Of a stretch of 64,000 bases of DNA, positions 1-9,459 are shown in pieces; position 1 is the stretch's first letter; each line of letters starts with the position of its first letter. The DNA lies in assembly GCA_007375735.1 (NCBI GenBank), contig VMEW01000007.1, forward strand, positions 1,494 to 65,493, written 5' to 3'. The translations under genes and the position numbers were made by a program. The notes under the pieces were generated by a model. That model was not told the DNA's origin. It saw only the letters and a program-made list of their open reading frames with translations, and did no database searches. The stretch is from Candidatus Peregrinibacteria bacterium Greene0416_19. Lineage in GTDB: Bacteria > Patescibacteriota > Gracilibacteria > Peribacterales > Peribacteraceae.

Positions 1-1434
1 CTCCCCATCGTTCACCAGTCGGATCTTCACTTTGTCACCCACTTTGAACTGGTAGGCGATGTCCATGTTCTCCTTCGCTGAAGCCTCATCGATCAGTTTC
101 CACTGCGTATTGTGTTTCGTAGACATGGCGTTCACCTGCGGCATCGGGTCTTCCCACTCAATGCCATCGTCGCTTTCAGGAGTCGGAGCGTTGCCGCCGT
201 GTTCTCCTCCGCCCGTGGTGAGCTTTGTCGAACCATGTTGCATGCCCCCGGGGTTTCCTTGCTGCATCATGCGCGCCGGCATCGACTCGACGGAGAGGTG
301 GATGGTTTTGTCGACGGGCTTGTCGAAGTACGGACGAAAAGCATCGATATCCCGGATGATATCGGCATGTTCACGGATCCTGTCCTGTCGCAGCCGGACC
401 GGAGGCAACGCATTATCAACGACGACCGTTCCCAAGGCATACTGAAAATCACCCGGACCCCCGTGCTCGAGAGTGTATGTCGTCGTTTCATCGAATCGAA
501 CGTCGACGATGGCCCGCTCCGATGGACTGAGAGTGACGAACGACACGCGCTGCTCGCGCTCATACCGACCGCCGTCGCCACCGACGAGTGTCAGGGGAAC
601 TAGCGATTCACTGTGCATATTTCTGACCTGGAAACGGAATGTTCGGGTATTCGCCGCATTGATGAGGTACAACCGTACGGTTCCCTGTTGAATGCCAAAA
701 CCGAAACTCAAAGGATCCGTTCCATTGATGAGCATCGTGTTCCCAAATCGTCCCATGAGCGCGTGGTTGGCCTCCTTCTCGCCGTAGGGCACGGGCAGTT
801 CACCTTCGAGGAGTATGTCATCGAGCATCAGAACCTCTTCACGGTTCACGACGCTATAGAGCTTCTCGTCTTTCGGTGTCACCCAGAGACCACCGTACAG
901 TCCCATATCCTGCTGCAAGTCCTCGCGGACGTGCGGGTGATACCAGAACATGCCTTCGTCGGGCACCTTCACGGTGTACGAAAAGCTCTCTCCCGGCTGG
1001 ATGGCCTCCTGCGTCACGCCCGCCGCGCCGTCGAATCGATTCTCCAGCCGGATGCCATGCCAGTGTATGGTCGTCGGGACATCGATGTTGTTCGTGACGT
1101 TCACCGTGAAAGTCGATCCCTGCTTCACCTTGAGGGTCGGGCCGGGGAACTGGCCGTTGTAGGCATAGAGCGCGAACGTTCTTCCGACAATCGTCGCGCG
1201 GACCAGCTCGGGGTTGAGGGTGATCGTCTCGCCGTCTTTCACTTCCAGAATACTCATCGGCTTCGCTTCGGGAAGCTGGTCGATGTTCTTGTCGCGGGCC
1301 GGAAGAAAGGAGCCCTGCATCATTCCGCCTCGATCGCCGCCCATCATGCCGCCACCGCCCATCTGATTGAAATTGGTGGGGGCACAGGCTGCGAGGAAAA
1401 GAGTTCCGATGATGAGGAACGAGCGGTACTTCAT
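1..1434 (-). CDS. Multicopper oxidase family lipoprotein (CueO/CopA/FtsP-like); 3' end runs off the window
   Basis: Manually translated, not in the ORF track: MKYRSFLIIGTLFLAAC (lipobox), Met/Gly-rich N-terminus, YNGQFPGPTL, TIHWHG, FWYHPH; open to position 1 (…VKIRLVNDGE). Confidence 0.9.
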   Translation of the reverse strand, partial: MKYRSFLIIGTLFLAACAPTNFNQMGGGGMMGGDRGGMMQGSFLPARDKNIDQLPEAKPMSILEVKDGETITLNPELVRATIVGRTFALYAYNGQFPGPTLKVKQGSTFTVNVTNNIDVPTTIHWHGIRLENRFDGAAGVTQEAIQPGESFSYTVKVPDEGMFWYHPHVREDLQQDMGLYGGLWVTPKDEKLYSVVNREEVLMLDDILLEGELPVPYGEKEANHALMGRFGNTMLINGTDPLSFGFGIQQGTVRLYLINAANTRTFRFQVRNMHSESLVPLTLVGGDGGRYEREQRVSFVTLSPSERAIVDVRFDETTTYTLEHGGPGDFQYALGTVVVDNALPPVRLRQDRIREHADIIRDIDAFRPYFDKPVDKTIHLSVESMPARMMQQGNPGGMQHGSTKLTTGGGEHGGNAPTPESDDGIEWEDPMPQVNAMSTKHNTQWKLIDEASAKENMDIAYQFKVGDKVKIRLVNDGE

Positions 1435-1678
1435 GAGGAATGAGGGGAATGGGATGGACGAAAGAGTGGGGGAAGAAAGCCGACAATCAGTCCCGCAAGG
1501 AGGCTCGCGCCGACGGCGATCGCTGTGTCTTGCGAAGAATACTGGAACTGCGGCTCGAAGAAGCGCGAAGAGAATCCCTTCCCAGCGCCCCGTGCCACCA
1601 CATGTCCCACGTTCCCGCGAGCACTGCCCAGAAGAGAGCGATGGTGATAAGCCGGATGAGGTGGGTGGGCAATATCAT
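1431..1678 (-). pseudogene. Frameshifted or internally deleted small membrane-protein gene (WDxWWH…GRDS motif)
   Basis: ATG at 1678 overlaps the ATPase TGA and reads [37 protein letters not shown] second frame reads FFEPQFQY…AIAVGASLLAGLIVGFLP and stops at 1431, overlapping the oxidase ATG. The 248-nt span is not a multiple of 3. Confidence 0.55.
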
Positions 1679-4600
1679 TGCTCCGTACAGGGAACGGTCG
1701 GATCGGCGACGCAATTCTCCACCGGCGGCTTGCCTCGCTCCGGGCAGGTCTGGGAGTAGAGACACGCATCGTCCGAAAGCGTCTGCAGCTGCTCTGGCAA
1801 TTGTTCCCCGGTCGCGCCGTACGTCAGCAGGATCCCATCGAGATCACGAAAGACGTAGCCAGGATCAAACGGCTGCTCCGTTCCGTTCACAAACATCTGC
1901 CAGCGCCGCTGCCCTGAACCGGCGGTGCCAGCCGCGTGGTTCGGGGTTCCGTCCTGGTTGCAGGCGGACGTTCCATCATCGAGCGCGATGCATTGCGCGG
2001 TGGCGATGATACCGACTGCCTTCAGAAATTCACCGACGGACTGCCCCGGTTTGTGCCGGTGGATGACGAGACCGTTGCCATCGTGCAAATGAGGATTTGT
2101 CTCCTTGTCCGGGTCAGTCGATTCTTCGCTCAGCATGTACTTCTCCCCGGAGAGATCGATTCTTCGTCCCTCAATCCACATCGCCAGATCGGCGTGCGTG
2201 TGGTTGGGATCGGGATTGACGGCGGAGAACATGTGAGGGTTCGGAGGTCCTTCCACGATGATTTCTCCCAGCGCCCCCCGGTCGATGGAGCGCGTCAGGC
2301 TGTGATCGACGAGGAGGTAGGTACCCGGCGCGTCGACGGTGAACTCCACGACGGTCGATCCGCCTGCCGGAATCGTCGTTGTCTGAACATTGCGCAGTGG
2401 CGGAGAAATTATGTCACCTTCGGAATACACTTTGTCGAAGACCGCGCCGATGACGTGGAAGTTGGAAGGAACGAAACCGCCCACGCCGATGTAGAGACGG
2501 ATGCGCTCGCCGACCTTCGCCTTCAGCGCCCCGCTTCCGCGCAACGCGCCGACGCGGCCGTTGAAGACGACATACTCGGGTTGTTCGTCGAGGAGCTTTG
2601 GAAGCGAGAAATTCTGTCGGCCTTTTCGTCCGAGTGTTCCTGACGTGTAGAGCTCGCCCTGCATGACGTAGAATTCACGATCGACTGGTTCAAGGTTTTT
2701 TTTGGGTTCCACGACGATCAGACCGTACATGCCGTTGGCGATGTGCGTGGGAACGTGCGGGCTTGCGCAGTGATAGACGTACACTCCCGGCCGGTTCGCC
2801 TTGAAGCGGAAGATCTTCGTCTCCCCGTCCGCCACCTGCGTGAGGACCGAGCCGCCTCCCGGCCCCGTGACCGCGTGGAGATCGATGGAGTGCGTCGCAT
2901 GGCCCTCGGCGGCATGGGAGGCGCTTGCCTCATGTGCATCTCCGTCGTCCTTCCCGCCATCCGCGCGTGCGCGCGGAACGAGAAGATCGAATGTGACATC
3001 GTCGGCGCTTTTTCCAGCCGTATCTTCATCACCTTCCGCATGCGTGAGCTGCAACTCGACAGTGTCGCCCTCCCGCACGCGCAGAAATGGGCCGGGAACC
3101 GTCCCATTGTACGTCCAGTATTGATAGGTCATACCGGGAGCAAGCTCCGAGATAACCTCCCTCGTTTCCAGTTTGATCACGACCGTGCCGTCATTTTTTC
3201 GTGTGATAGGCGAAGCCAGATCTGCGGCCGATCGGCTGATTTCAGGAAGTAGCCGGTCTGCAGACGACATACCCTCTGCTGTCGCACTGCTGAGCTTGGC
3301 GAAGCCGAGGAAGAGAGCCGTAAACCCGACGGCCATGAAAATTGGCGCAAAGTCCGAGAGCCAGTTCTTCCTCGTTGGATAGAAACCTTTCAGGAGAAGT
3401 GAGTTCGTGACGACGGAGACGGAGCTGAGCGCCATCGCGAGTCCGGCGAGCTCGGGCCGCAGAATAATCCCGAAGCTGATGAAGGCTCTGGCGGCGATGG
3501 GAATGCCGATCACATTGAAGAACAGCGCGAAGAACATGTTCTGTTTGATCTTCCCGACTGTCGCCTTGCTGAGCTTGATGGCGGTCACCACATCGCGCAG
3601 GTCGTTCTTCACCAGCACGATGCCGCCCGTCTCCATAGCGATGTCGGTACCGCTGCCCATGGCGATCCCGAGATCGGCCTGGGCAAGGGCGGGGCTGTCG
3701 TTGATGCCGTCGCCGACCATCGCGACGCGCTTACCCTGTTCCTGCAATTTCTTCACTTCATTCGCCTTCTCCTCCGGCAGCACCTCCGCAAGCACATGCT
3801 CAATGCCCGTCTGCCGCGCGAGGGCCAGCGCCGTGCGTTTGTTGTCTCCGGTGATCATGTAGACCGTGAGTCCCATATGCTTCAATCGATCCACTGCCTC
3901 TTTTGAGGTCTCTTTGAGCGTGTCGGCAACGGCAATAGCGCCGATGATCTCGTTTTCATCGGCGAGCAGCATTACCGTTTTTCCATCATCCTCGAGTGTT
4001 GTAATTGCCTGCTGGTGATGCGTATGCAGACGGCCGAATTCAGATTGCAATAACGCCCTGTTGCCGAGTCGATATGCTTTGCTTGCAATGTTTCCCTCGA
4101 CGCCTTTTCCTGGAATGGCACGGAAACCTTCGGTTTGTTGCATCTGTATTCCGTCTTTCTTCGCCCGCGCAACAATCGCATCGGCCAGTGGATGTTCAGA
4201 GCCCTGTTCCAAACTTGCGGCCATTTGCAGAATTTCGTCGGTTCTCATGCCTGCAATCGCGATAACATCCCTCAACTCGGGCTTCCCCTTGCTGAGCGTT
4301 CCGGTCTTGTCGAACACGATTGCATCAAGCTTGTTTGCCGCTTCGAGCGGCTCTCCGCCGCGGATAAGAATGCCGTGTTCAGCTCCTTTTCCTGTTGCGA
4401 CCATGATGCTCGTAGGAGTCGCCAGCCCCATCGCGCACGGACAGGCAATGACGATGACAGATACGAACGCAAGCAATGCGAAAGTCAGCCCAGCGCCGAG
4501 AAACATCCAGACAGCGAATGTCAGGATCGCGATGCCGATCACAGCGGGAACGAACCATGAAGAGATCCAATCGGCGAATGCCTGAATGGGAGCCTTCGAT

Positions 4601-5607
4601 CCCTGCGCTTCCTCCACGAAACGGATGATCTGGGCGAGTGCCGTCTCGGAGCCGACTTTCTCGGCGCGGAATTCGATGCTGCCGGTGCCATTCATCGTCG
4701 CACCAAAGACGCGGTCACCTTCTTTCTTCTCTACGGGAATGCTTTCGCCCGTGAGCATGGATTCATCCACGGAAGAAAGACCTTTGAGCACCGTGCCATC
4801 CACGGGAATCTTCTCCCCTGGGCGTACGACGACGATATCTCCGGCTTGCACATTCTCGATGGGAACATCCACTACTTGTCCATTCCTGAGGATGCGAGCC
4901 GTCTTCGCCTGCAAGCCCATCAGCTTCTGTATTGCCTCGCTCGTCGCGCCTTTCGCGCGCGCTTCCAGCCATTTCCCCAACAGGACGAACGTGATGAGCA
5001 AGGCGGCGACCTCGAAGTAGAGATCATGTATCTCGCCGATCACCGTTCCTTCCGTGAGGAAGTGATCAATGAAGTTGTAGAGACTGTAGAAGTAGGCGGT
5101 GGAAGTACCGATGGCGATGAGGCTGTCCATGTTGAACGTCCTCATTTTCAGGCTCGACCACATGCCCCGATAGAAGCCGTACCCCAGCCAGAACTGCACC
5201 GGCGTTGCGAGTATCAGTGAGATGATGCCCATAGAGGGTATGACTGCTTCATGGACGGGCGAATCTGGCAGAAAGGACAGCACCATAAATCCGAGCATCG
5301 GAAGGCTCAGGACCAGACCAGCCCAGAATTTCCGGCCATACGTTCGGATTTCATCCAGACGTCGCCTCTTGTCCGCCTCTCGATCCTTTTCATCCGCGAC
5401 CGCGGCACCGTAGCCCGCCGCTTTCACGGCTGCGATGAGGCCCTGTTCGTCGACTTTGCCAGGATCGAAGCGGATGCGCGCTTTGTTCGCACCATAATTC
5501 ACATTTGCCTCCTCGACACCGGCAGTCTTCTTGAGCTTCCGGGTGATGAGCGCACTGCAACTGGCACAGTGCATGCCCGTGATGGAGAGAGTAGTCTGAG
5601 AAGCCAT
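1675..5607 (-). CDS. copA: Cu(I)-translocating P1B-type ATPase fused to a copper nitrite reductase (NirK/AniA-like) domain and a C-terminal His/Cys-rich domain
   Basis: GMHCASC (HMA), TGES, CPC, DKTGT, HP, TGDN, GDGIND, MALSS; then [21 protein letters not shown]…HIANGM, SNFHVIG, LVDH; single 1310-aa ORF. Confidence 0.92.
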   Translation of the reverse strand: MASQTTLSITGMHCASCSALITRKLKKTAGVEEANVNYGANKARIRFDPGKVDEQGLIAAVKAAGYGAAVADEKDREADKRRRLDEIRTYGRKFWAGLVLSLPMLGFMVLSFLPDSPVHEAVIPSMGIISLILATPVQFWLGYGFYRGMWSSLKMRTFNMDSLIAIGTSTAYFYSLYNFIDHFLTEGTVIGEIHDLYFEVAALLITFVLLGKWLEARAKGATSEAIQKLMGLQAKTARILRNGQVVDVPIENVQAGDIVVVRPGEKIPVDGTVLKGLSSVDESMLTGESIPVEKKEGDRVFGATMNGTGSIEFRAEKVGSETALAQIIRFVEEAQGSKAPIQAFADWISSWFVPAVIGIAILTFAVWMFLGAGLTFALLAFVSVIVIACPCAMGLATPTSIMVATGKGAEHGILIRGGEPLEAANKLDAIVFDKTGTLSKGKPELRDVIAIAGMRTDEILQMAASLEQGSEHPLADAIVARAKKDGIQMQQTEGFRAIPGKGVEGNIASKAYRLGNRALLQSEFGRLHTHHQQAITTLEDDGKTVMLLADENEIIGAIAVADTLKETSKEAVDRLKHMGLTVYMITGDNKRTALALARQTGIEHVLAEVLPEEKANEVKKLQEQGKRVAMVGDGINDSPALAQADLGIAMGSGTDIAMETGGIVLVKNDLRDVVTAIKLSKATVGKIKQNMFFALFFNVIGIPIAARAFISFGIILRPELAGLAMALSSVSVVTNSLLLKGFYPTRKNWLSDFAPIFMAVGFTALFLGFAKLSSATAEGMSSADRLLPEISRSAADLASPITRKNDGTVVIKLETREVISELAPGMTYQYWTYNGTVPGPFLRVREGDTVELQLTHAEGDEDTAGKSADDVTFDLLVPRARADGGKDDGDAHEASASHAAEGHATHSIDLHAVTGPGGGSVLTQVADGETKIFRFKANRPGVYVYHCASPHVPTHIANGMYGLIVVEPKKNLEPVDREFYVMQGELYTSGTLGRKGRQNFSLPKLLDEQPEYVVFNGRVGALRGSGALKAKVGERIRLYIGVGGFVPSNFHVIGAVFDKVYSEGDIISPPLRNVQTTTIPAGGSTVVEFTVDAPGTYLLVDHSLTRSIDRGALGEIIVEGPPNPHMFSAVNPDPNHTHADLAMWIEGRRIDLSGEKYMLSEESTDPDKETNPHLHDGNGLVIHRHKPGQSVGEFLKAVGIIATAQCIALDDGTSACNQDGTPNHAAGTAGSGQRRWQMFVNGTEQPFDPGYVFRDLDGILLTYGATGEQLPEQLQTLSDDACLYSQTCPERGKPPVENCVADPTVPCTEQ

Positions 5608-5671
5608 GAGCGGATTGTTGAAAAGAAAGTCATAAAGAAGTTAGGGAACGAGGCTGGTTTGCCGGCCGTAG

Positions 5672-5896
5672 TCACGTACGCGACAAAGGCTGGATCTTGT
5701 ACTTTTCATCAAGGGACTCGATTTCCTGCGTCCACTTCTGCATGTCGAAATGTTCGTCATGATTGAGCGTGACTTTCTTCGTATCAATATCGACCTCGGC
5801 GCTCGTGAGGGAGGGAAATCCGCTGCTCACGTCCTTGATGAGCGCAGCGCAGGAAGCGCAGTGAATGCCGGGGATGGAGACGGTAGTCTGAGGCAT
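5672..5896 (-). CDS. copZ: Heavy-metal-associated (CopZ-like) copper chaperone
   Basis: MPQTTVSIPGIHCASC, 74 aa; start reassigned to ATG 5896. Confidence 0.85.
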   Translation of the reverse strand: MPQTTVSIPGIHCASCAALIKDVSSGFPSLTSAEVDIDTKKVTLNHDEHFDMQKWTQEIESLDEKYKIQPLSRT

Positions 5897-5925
5897 GAGA
5901 TGAAGATGGAAGGAAGCGGAAAGGG

Positions 5926-6198
5926 TTAGGAACGTTTGGACAATCCGATGGCGTGCGTCAGCTCCTTCACGAACGCATCGTGCTGGGTCTTGGACGAGAG
6001 TTTTTTCCTTGCGCACGTGTGCAGATGGCTCTCCAGCACGATGCCCTGGATGTGCCGCAGATGTCCGTGCATGGCCAATATCTGCTCCAGAACCTCGGGG
6101 CAGTAGGTGTCCTCTTGCACCATCGTTTCCACCTTCTGCAGAAGACCGCGCAATCGTTTGAGCGCGGCGGTCACCTGGATCTTGGAGGTCGGGAGCAT
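5926..6198 (-). CDS. csoR: CsoR/RcnR family metal-sensing repressor
   Basis: ALKRLRG…YCPEVLEQILA…LESHLHTC (C-H-C ligand pattern), 90 aa, in copper operon. Confidence 0.88.
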   Translation of the reverse strand: MLPTSKIQVTAALKRLRGLLQKVETMVQEDTYCPEVLEQILAMHGHLRHIQGIVLESHLHTCARKKLSSKTQHDAFVKELTHAIGLSKRS

Positions 6199-6208
6199 GG
6201 CAGAAAGG

Positions 6209-6254
6209 GGTAGGGGGTAGTGGTACCATATCCCCCTACCGCCATGCGTGTCAA
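6209..6254 (-). promoter_or_regulatory. Sigma70-type promoter of csoR-copZ-copA overlapped by a G/C-tract inverted repeat (candidate CsoR operator)
   Basis: TTGACA (6254-6249), 18 nt, TATGGT (6230-6225); inverted repeat GGTAGGGGG (6209-6217) / CCCCCTACC (6232-6240) around TGGTACCA. Confidence 0.75.
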
Positions 6255-6311
6255 TGCCATTTCTCTCGATCGCGATTTGCCCCGTTCCATCGTAGTGGCC
6301 GGAGCCGCGGC

Positions 6312-7175
6312 TTATGAATCGGAATCGAGCAGCACATCGATCACTGTCTTGAAGCTTGCGAACGGTACTGCACCGGAAATTATGCGGTTTTCGTCGGTCT
6401 TCAGATTCACGACGATGTTCCCCGGCGTGCCATTCACTCCGGCGGCACTGCCGCCAGTCATGTCATCCTGTACATGCTTCGCGTACTTGCCGCTGTCGAG
6501 ACAATTCTTGAATTGCGCTTCGTCGAGGCCGAGTTCTTTTGCGAGGGGCGCGAGATTCTCGAGCGGGAATCCCGTGCCACCGGCGACGGTCCGCTCGAAG
6601 ATGGCATCCGTGTATTTCCAGAATGCGTCGTTGCCGCCAAACTCATTTGCGCACTCGGATGCCTCGGCTTCCTTCTGGGCGTTCGCGTGGAAGCTCAAAG
6701 GGAAGTGGCGGTAGACCCAGACAACATCGTCCTTATAGGCATCCATGATCTGCTTCATCGTCGGATGATGCCGCTGGCAGAACGGGCACTCGAAGTCCGA
6801 ATATTCGACGACGGCAACCTTTGCCTTCGTGAAGTCTCCACGGATGTGATCAATCTTTGCACTGATCGGAGGAAGATTGTCTGTCGATGTCGGCTCAGGA
6901 GGTTGTTGGGGAGCCGGTGCTGCCGGGGCTTGAGCGACTTGGGCGGGAGGACTCCCTGCAGATGTGGGAAAGTTTCCCGTGCGCCACTTGCCGATTCCGA
7001 AGCCGACGATCAGTCCCATCAAGCCGAGAGAGACTGTGAACCATGGATTCGACCCGTTCGATGAACTCAGGTCAAGCTGGCTCACCACAGGTGGATTGTT
7101 GGCCGAGGAAGGGATCGATGATCGCTGAGAGCTTCCAGCGTTTTTCTGCGGCGTGTCTTGCCATTGGATTGCCAT
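6312..7175 (-). CDS. Membrane-anchored DsbA/BdbD-like thiol-disulfide oxidoreductase
   Basis: One TM helix, EYSDFECPFC, RHFPL, GVNGTP. Confidence 0.9.
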   Translation of the reverse strand: MAIQWQDTPQKNAGSSQRSSIPSSANNPPVVSQLDLSSSNGSNPWFTVSLGLMGLIVGFGIGKWRTGNFPTSAGSPPAQVAQAPAAPAPQQPPEPTSTDNLPPISAKIDHIRGDFTKAKVAVVEYSDFECPFCQRHHPTMKQIMDAYKDDVVWVYRHFPLSFHANAQKEAEASECANEFGGNDAFWKYTDAIFERTVAGGTGFPLENLAPLAKELGLDEAQFKNCLDSGKYAKHVQDDMTGGSAAGVNGTPGNIVVNLKTDENRIISGAVPFASFKTVIDVLLDSDS

Positions 7176-7196
7176 ACGTGAAAGAAGAAAAGAGGA

Positions 7197-8555
7197 TTAA
7201 AGAACCGTGAAGGAACCGCGCACCATGCCCATCGAGCAGCTGAAAGCGAGCTGTCCGGGATCGGGGGCGTTGAATTCGATGATGTTCTGACCTTGGGTAA
7301 GGGTCTTGATGACGTTCAGCGTAGGGATGACAAGCTGGCTCGTGCAGCCCTGCGCGCCCTCGCCGTCCACAGTCCAGCGGACGGGAATTCCTGCCTTAAT
7401 TGTCAGATTGCGCGGTTCATAACCGTAGCGAGTCACCTTCATGGACACTTCCTGCACGCCATTCGTGACGACTGGAGCCGAACCGACAGCCACGGGCGGG
7501 CCGCTAAAGAATGAAGAGACATTGAGGCCGGCGAGTGCGAATCCACTATTGAAGTTGAAGAAAGCCAACACGAGAACGAGAGCGCCGGAAAACCGCAGGA
7601 ACAAACGCGATGCAGCGCCTTTCGCAGTTGAAGACACCGCGCTCAAACCGATGAGGGATGGGAGGGTACCGAGTGCGAAGACGAGCATCGTGAAAGCTCC
7701 CGTGACGAAGCTGCCGGATGCGAGTGCGACGAGTTGGAGAGACTGTGTAAAACCGCAGGGCAGGAAGAACGTCATGGCACCCAGCGTAGACGGAGCCAAT
7801 GGATGATCACTCTCCGAAAGATTCGCGACCCAGCGCGAGAGCTTCTTCGGCGGTCGGATGGGGAAACTGCCTTTCGGAATGATGTGCAGGATCGTGAGAG
7901 CCAGCCATAGCATGATGAAGGCCACGGCGATGCTCATGTACCCGCTCATCTTCGTCGAGAGCGTGATGGATTGCCCGATCACGCCGACGAGGCCGCCGAG
8001 AATGAAGTACGACACGAGACGGCCGATGTTGAAGTGCAGGAGCGGTTTGAACTTCTGCCATGGCGTCTCGGCCTGATGGATTTCATTGTGCTTCGCTGCA
8101 AGCGTGAGGAGAAGACCACCGGTCACGGCGAGACAACTGCTGGTACCCGCCACGAGGCCGATGACGAAGATGCCGCCAAAGGACAGCGCTCCGGAGGTCG
8201 ATGGCGCGAGCGACACGAGATCGAAGGCCTGAAGGAGCTTGTAGCCTGCAAAAATAATGATGAGCGCGCCGCCGATCTCCATCCATTTTCGCTTATCAGG
8301 AGAGAGTGTTGAGATGGATGGGGCATCGTCATCGACGACGGAATAGCCGGCCTTATGGATGACGGAGGCGATGCGATCCTCGCTGGGGAGGCGGCTGGCA
8401 TCCGCTGTCATGTGAGCGACGCCGGTTCGATGATCGATATGCACATCGACGACCCCGGGCACCACCTTGAGTTTGCGCTCGAGAAGCAGCTCGCAGCTGC
8501 CGCACGTCATTCCTGAGATGCGGATTTCTGCATGGAGATGTTTGGAGTCGGACAT
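7197..8555 (-). CDS. HMA + DsbD_2/TauE-like membrane domain + cupredoxin domain protein
   Basis: GMTCGSC; SSCLAVTGG and FFLPCGF in a multi-TM region; C-terminal GC…FSCSMGM. Confidence 0.85.
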   Translation of the reverse strand: MSDSKHLHAEIRISGMTCGSCELLLERKLKVVPGVVDVHIDHRTGVAHMTADASRLPSEDRIASVIHKAGYSVVDDDAPSISTLSPDKRKWMEIGGALIIIFAGYKLLQAFDLVSLAPSTSGALSFGGIFVIGLVAGTSSCLAVTGGLLLTLAAKHNEIHQAETPWQKFKPLLHFNIGRLVSYFILGGLVGVIGQSITLSTKMSGYMSIAVAFIMLWLALTILHIIPKGSFPIRPPKKLSRWVANLSESDHPLAPSTLGAMTFFLPCGFTQSLQLVALASGSFVTGAFTMLVFALGTLPSLIGLSAVSSTAKGAASRLFLRFSGALVLVLAFFNFNSGFALAGLNVSSFFSGPPVAVGSAPVVTNGVQEVSMKVTRYGYEPRNLTIKAGIPVRWTVDGEGAQGCTSQLVIPTLNVIKTLTQGQNIIEFNAPDPGQLAFSCSMGMVRGSFTVL

Positions 8556-8623
8556 AGACGCATGAGAAGAAAGGGTAAACAGAACGCCGAATATTCATTC
8601 GGCATCAGACGTGTTCATTTCTC

Positions 8624-9034
8624 TCACAGTCTCAAGACGATCGTGTCAGTGTGAATGGCAGTGGGCGGCGCGGTCGCGGGAGGAACGGCAACCGAGGCAG
8701 TCTGAGATGCTGCGGAGATGATGGGGATCGGGTTAGCAGTTCCGATGTGCGGCGCATCGAAGGTTACCGCGCTAGCAGCAGCGTTCTGTGATTGGGAAAA
8801 ACAATGTCCGGCGCATCCTGTCTGTTGCCGCGACTGGTCCCCGTCATTCAGTTGCACTTGTACGCAATGATCGCAGTTGGCAGGAGACATCGGAAACATC
8901 GGCGTCATGACCATTTCCATGTGTACCGCGTACGGCATCGCCGTGTCCTCTGCAAAGGCCATCGGCATCACGCAGAAATTGCCGATGACAACGTGGACGG
9001 CGAAGACAATGCTTACGGGTATTCTCATGCTCAT
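8624..9034 (-). CDS. Small exported Cys/His/Met-rich protein (DUF2946/CutF-like leader ORF candidate)
   Basis: Signal-like N-terminus ending AFA, CDHC and CAGHC, Pro-rich C-terminus PPATAPP…IVLRL; first gene of the copper cluster. Confidence 0.6.
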   Translation of the reverse strand: MSMRIPVSIVFAVHVVIGNFCVMPMAFAEDTAMPYAVHMEMVMTPMFPMSPANCDHCVQVQLNDGDQSRQQTGCAGHCFSQSQNAAASAVTFDAPHIGTANPIPIISAASQTASVAVPPATAPPTAIHTDTIVLRL

Positions 9035-9148
9035 TTGACAGTAGTATAGACCTTTTTGAAATTTGAATCAAAATCGGAGAGCCGTGGGCGGCTCTGCATG
9101 CCCGGCACCTTGGAGAAACAAGGTAAAAGTGCTATAATCATAAGATTT

Positions 9149-9451
9149 ATGCACACGCAAAAAGAAGTGGCGGCCGGCCTGCAGAAGCTCGTATTCCTGA
9201 CGCCCGACGAGGCGGCGGGCATTCTCCGGCGCAGCGGGAATGCACCGCCGGCCGCCATCGACACACTGCTCGCGATCCTCGCGGAAGCGGCGACGGGCCA
9301 GGAGCGATTGCTCATGGAGAAAGTGCATCGGGATCCCGGGTTTGTCGCGCGGTTCAAAGAATTTGCCCGTAGCGTCTTCGACGCCGCCAAGAATCAGGAG
9401 GAAGCGAGCGAGCGCGCGGGCACGGACGCGATCTTTGACGCAGCCCCCTGA
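9149..9451 (+). CDS. Small helical hypothetical protein
   Basis: ATG 9149 just after TGCTATAAT; 100 aa; ends 8 nt before the giant ORF. Confidence 0.7.
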   Translation: MHTQKEVAAGLQKLVFLTPDEAAGILRRSGNAPPAAIDTLLAILAEAATGQERLLMEKVHRDPGFVARFKEFARSVFDAAKNQEEASERAGTDAIFDAAP

Positions 9452-9459
9452 TTCCCCTC

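Noticed and set aside
59..1486. Track ORFs over 59-1486
   Set aside because: The true gene is the minus-strand multicopper oxidase, missed by the track because it runs off the window
1560..1678. AmoC/PmoC-like DxxWH motif implying a copper monooxygenase
   Set aside because: Only a short motif in a broken gene; no amoA/amoB-like genes
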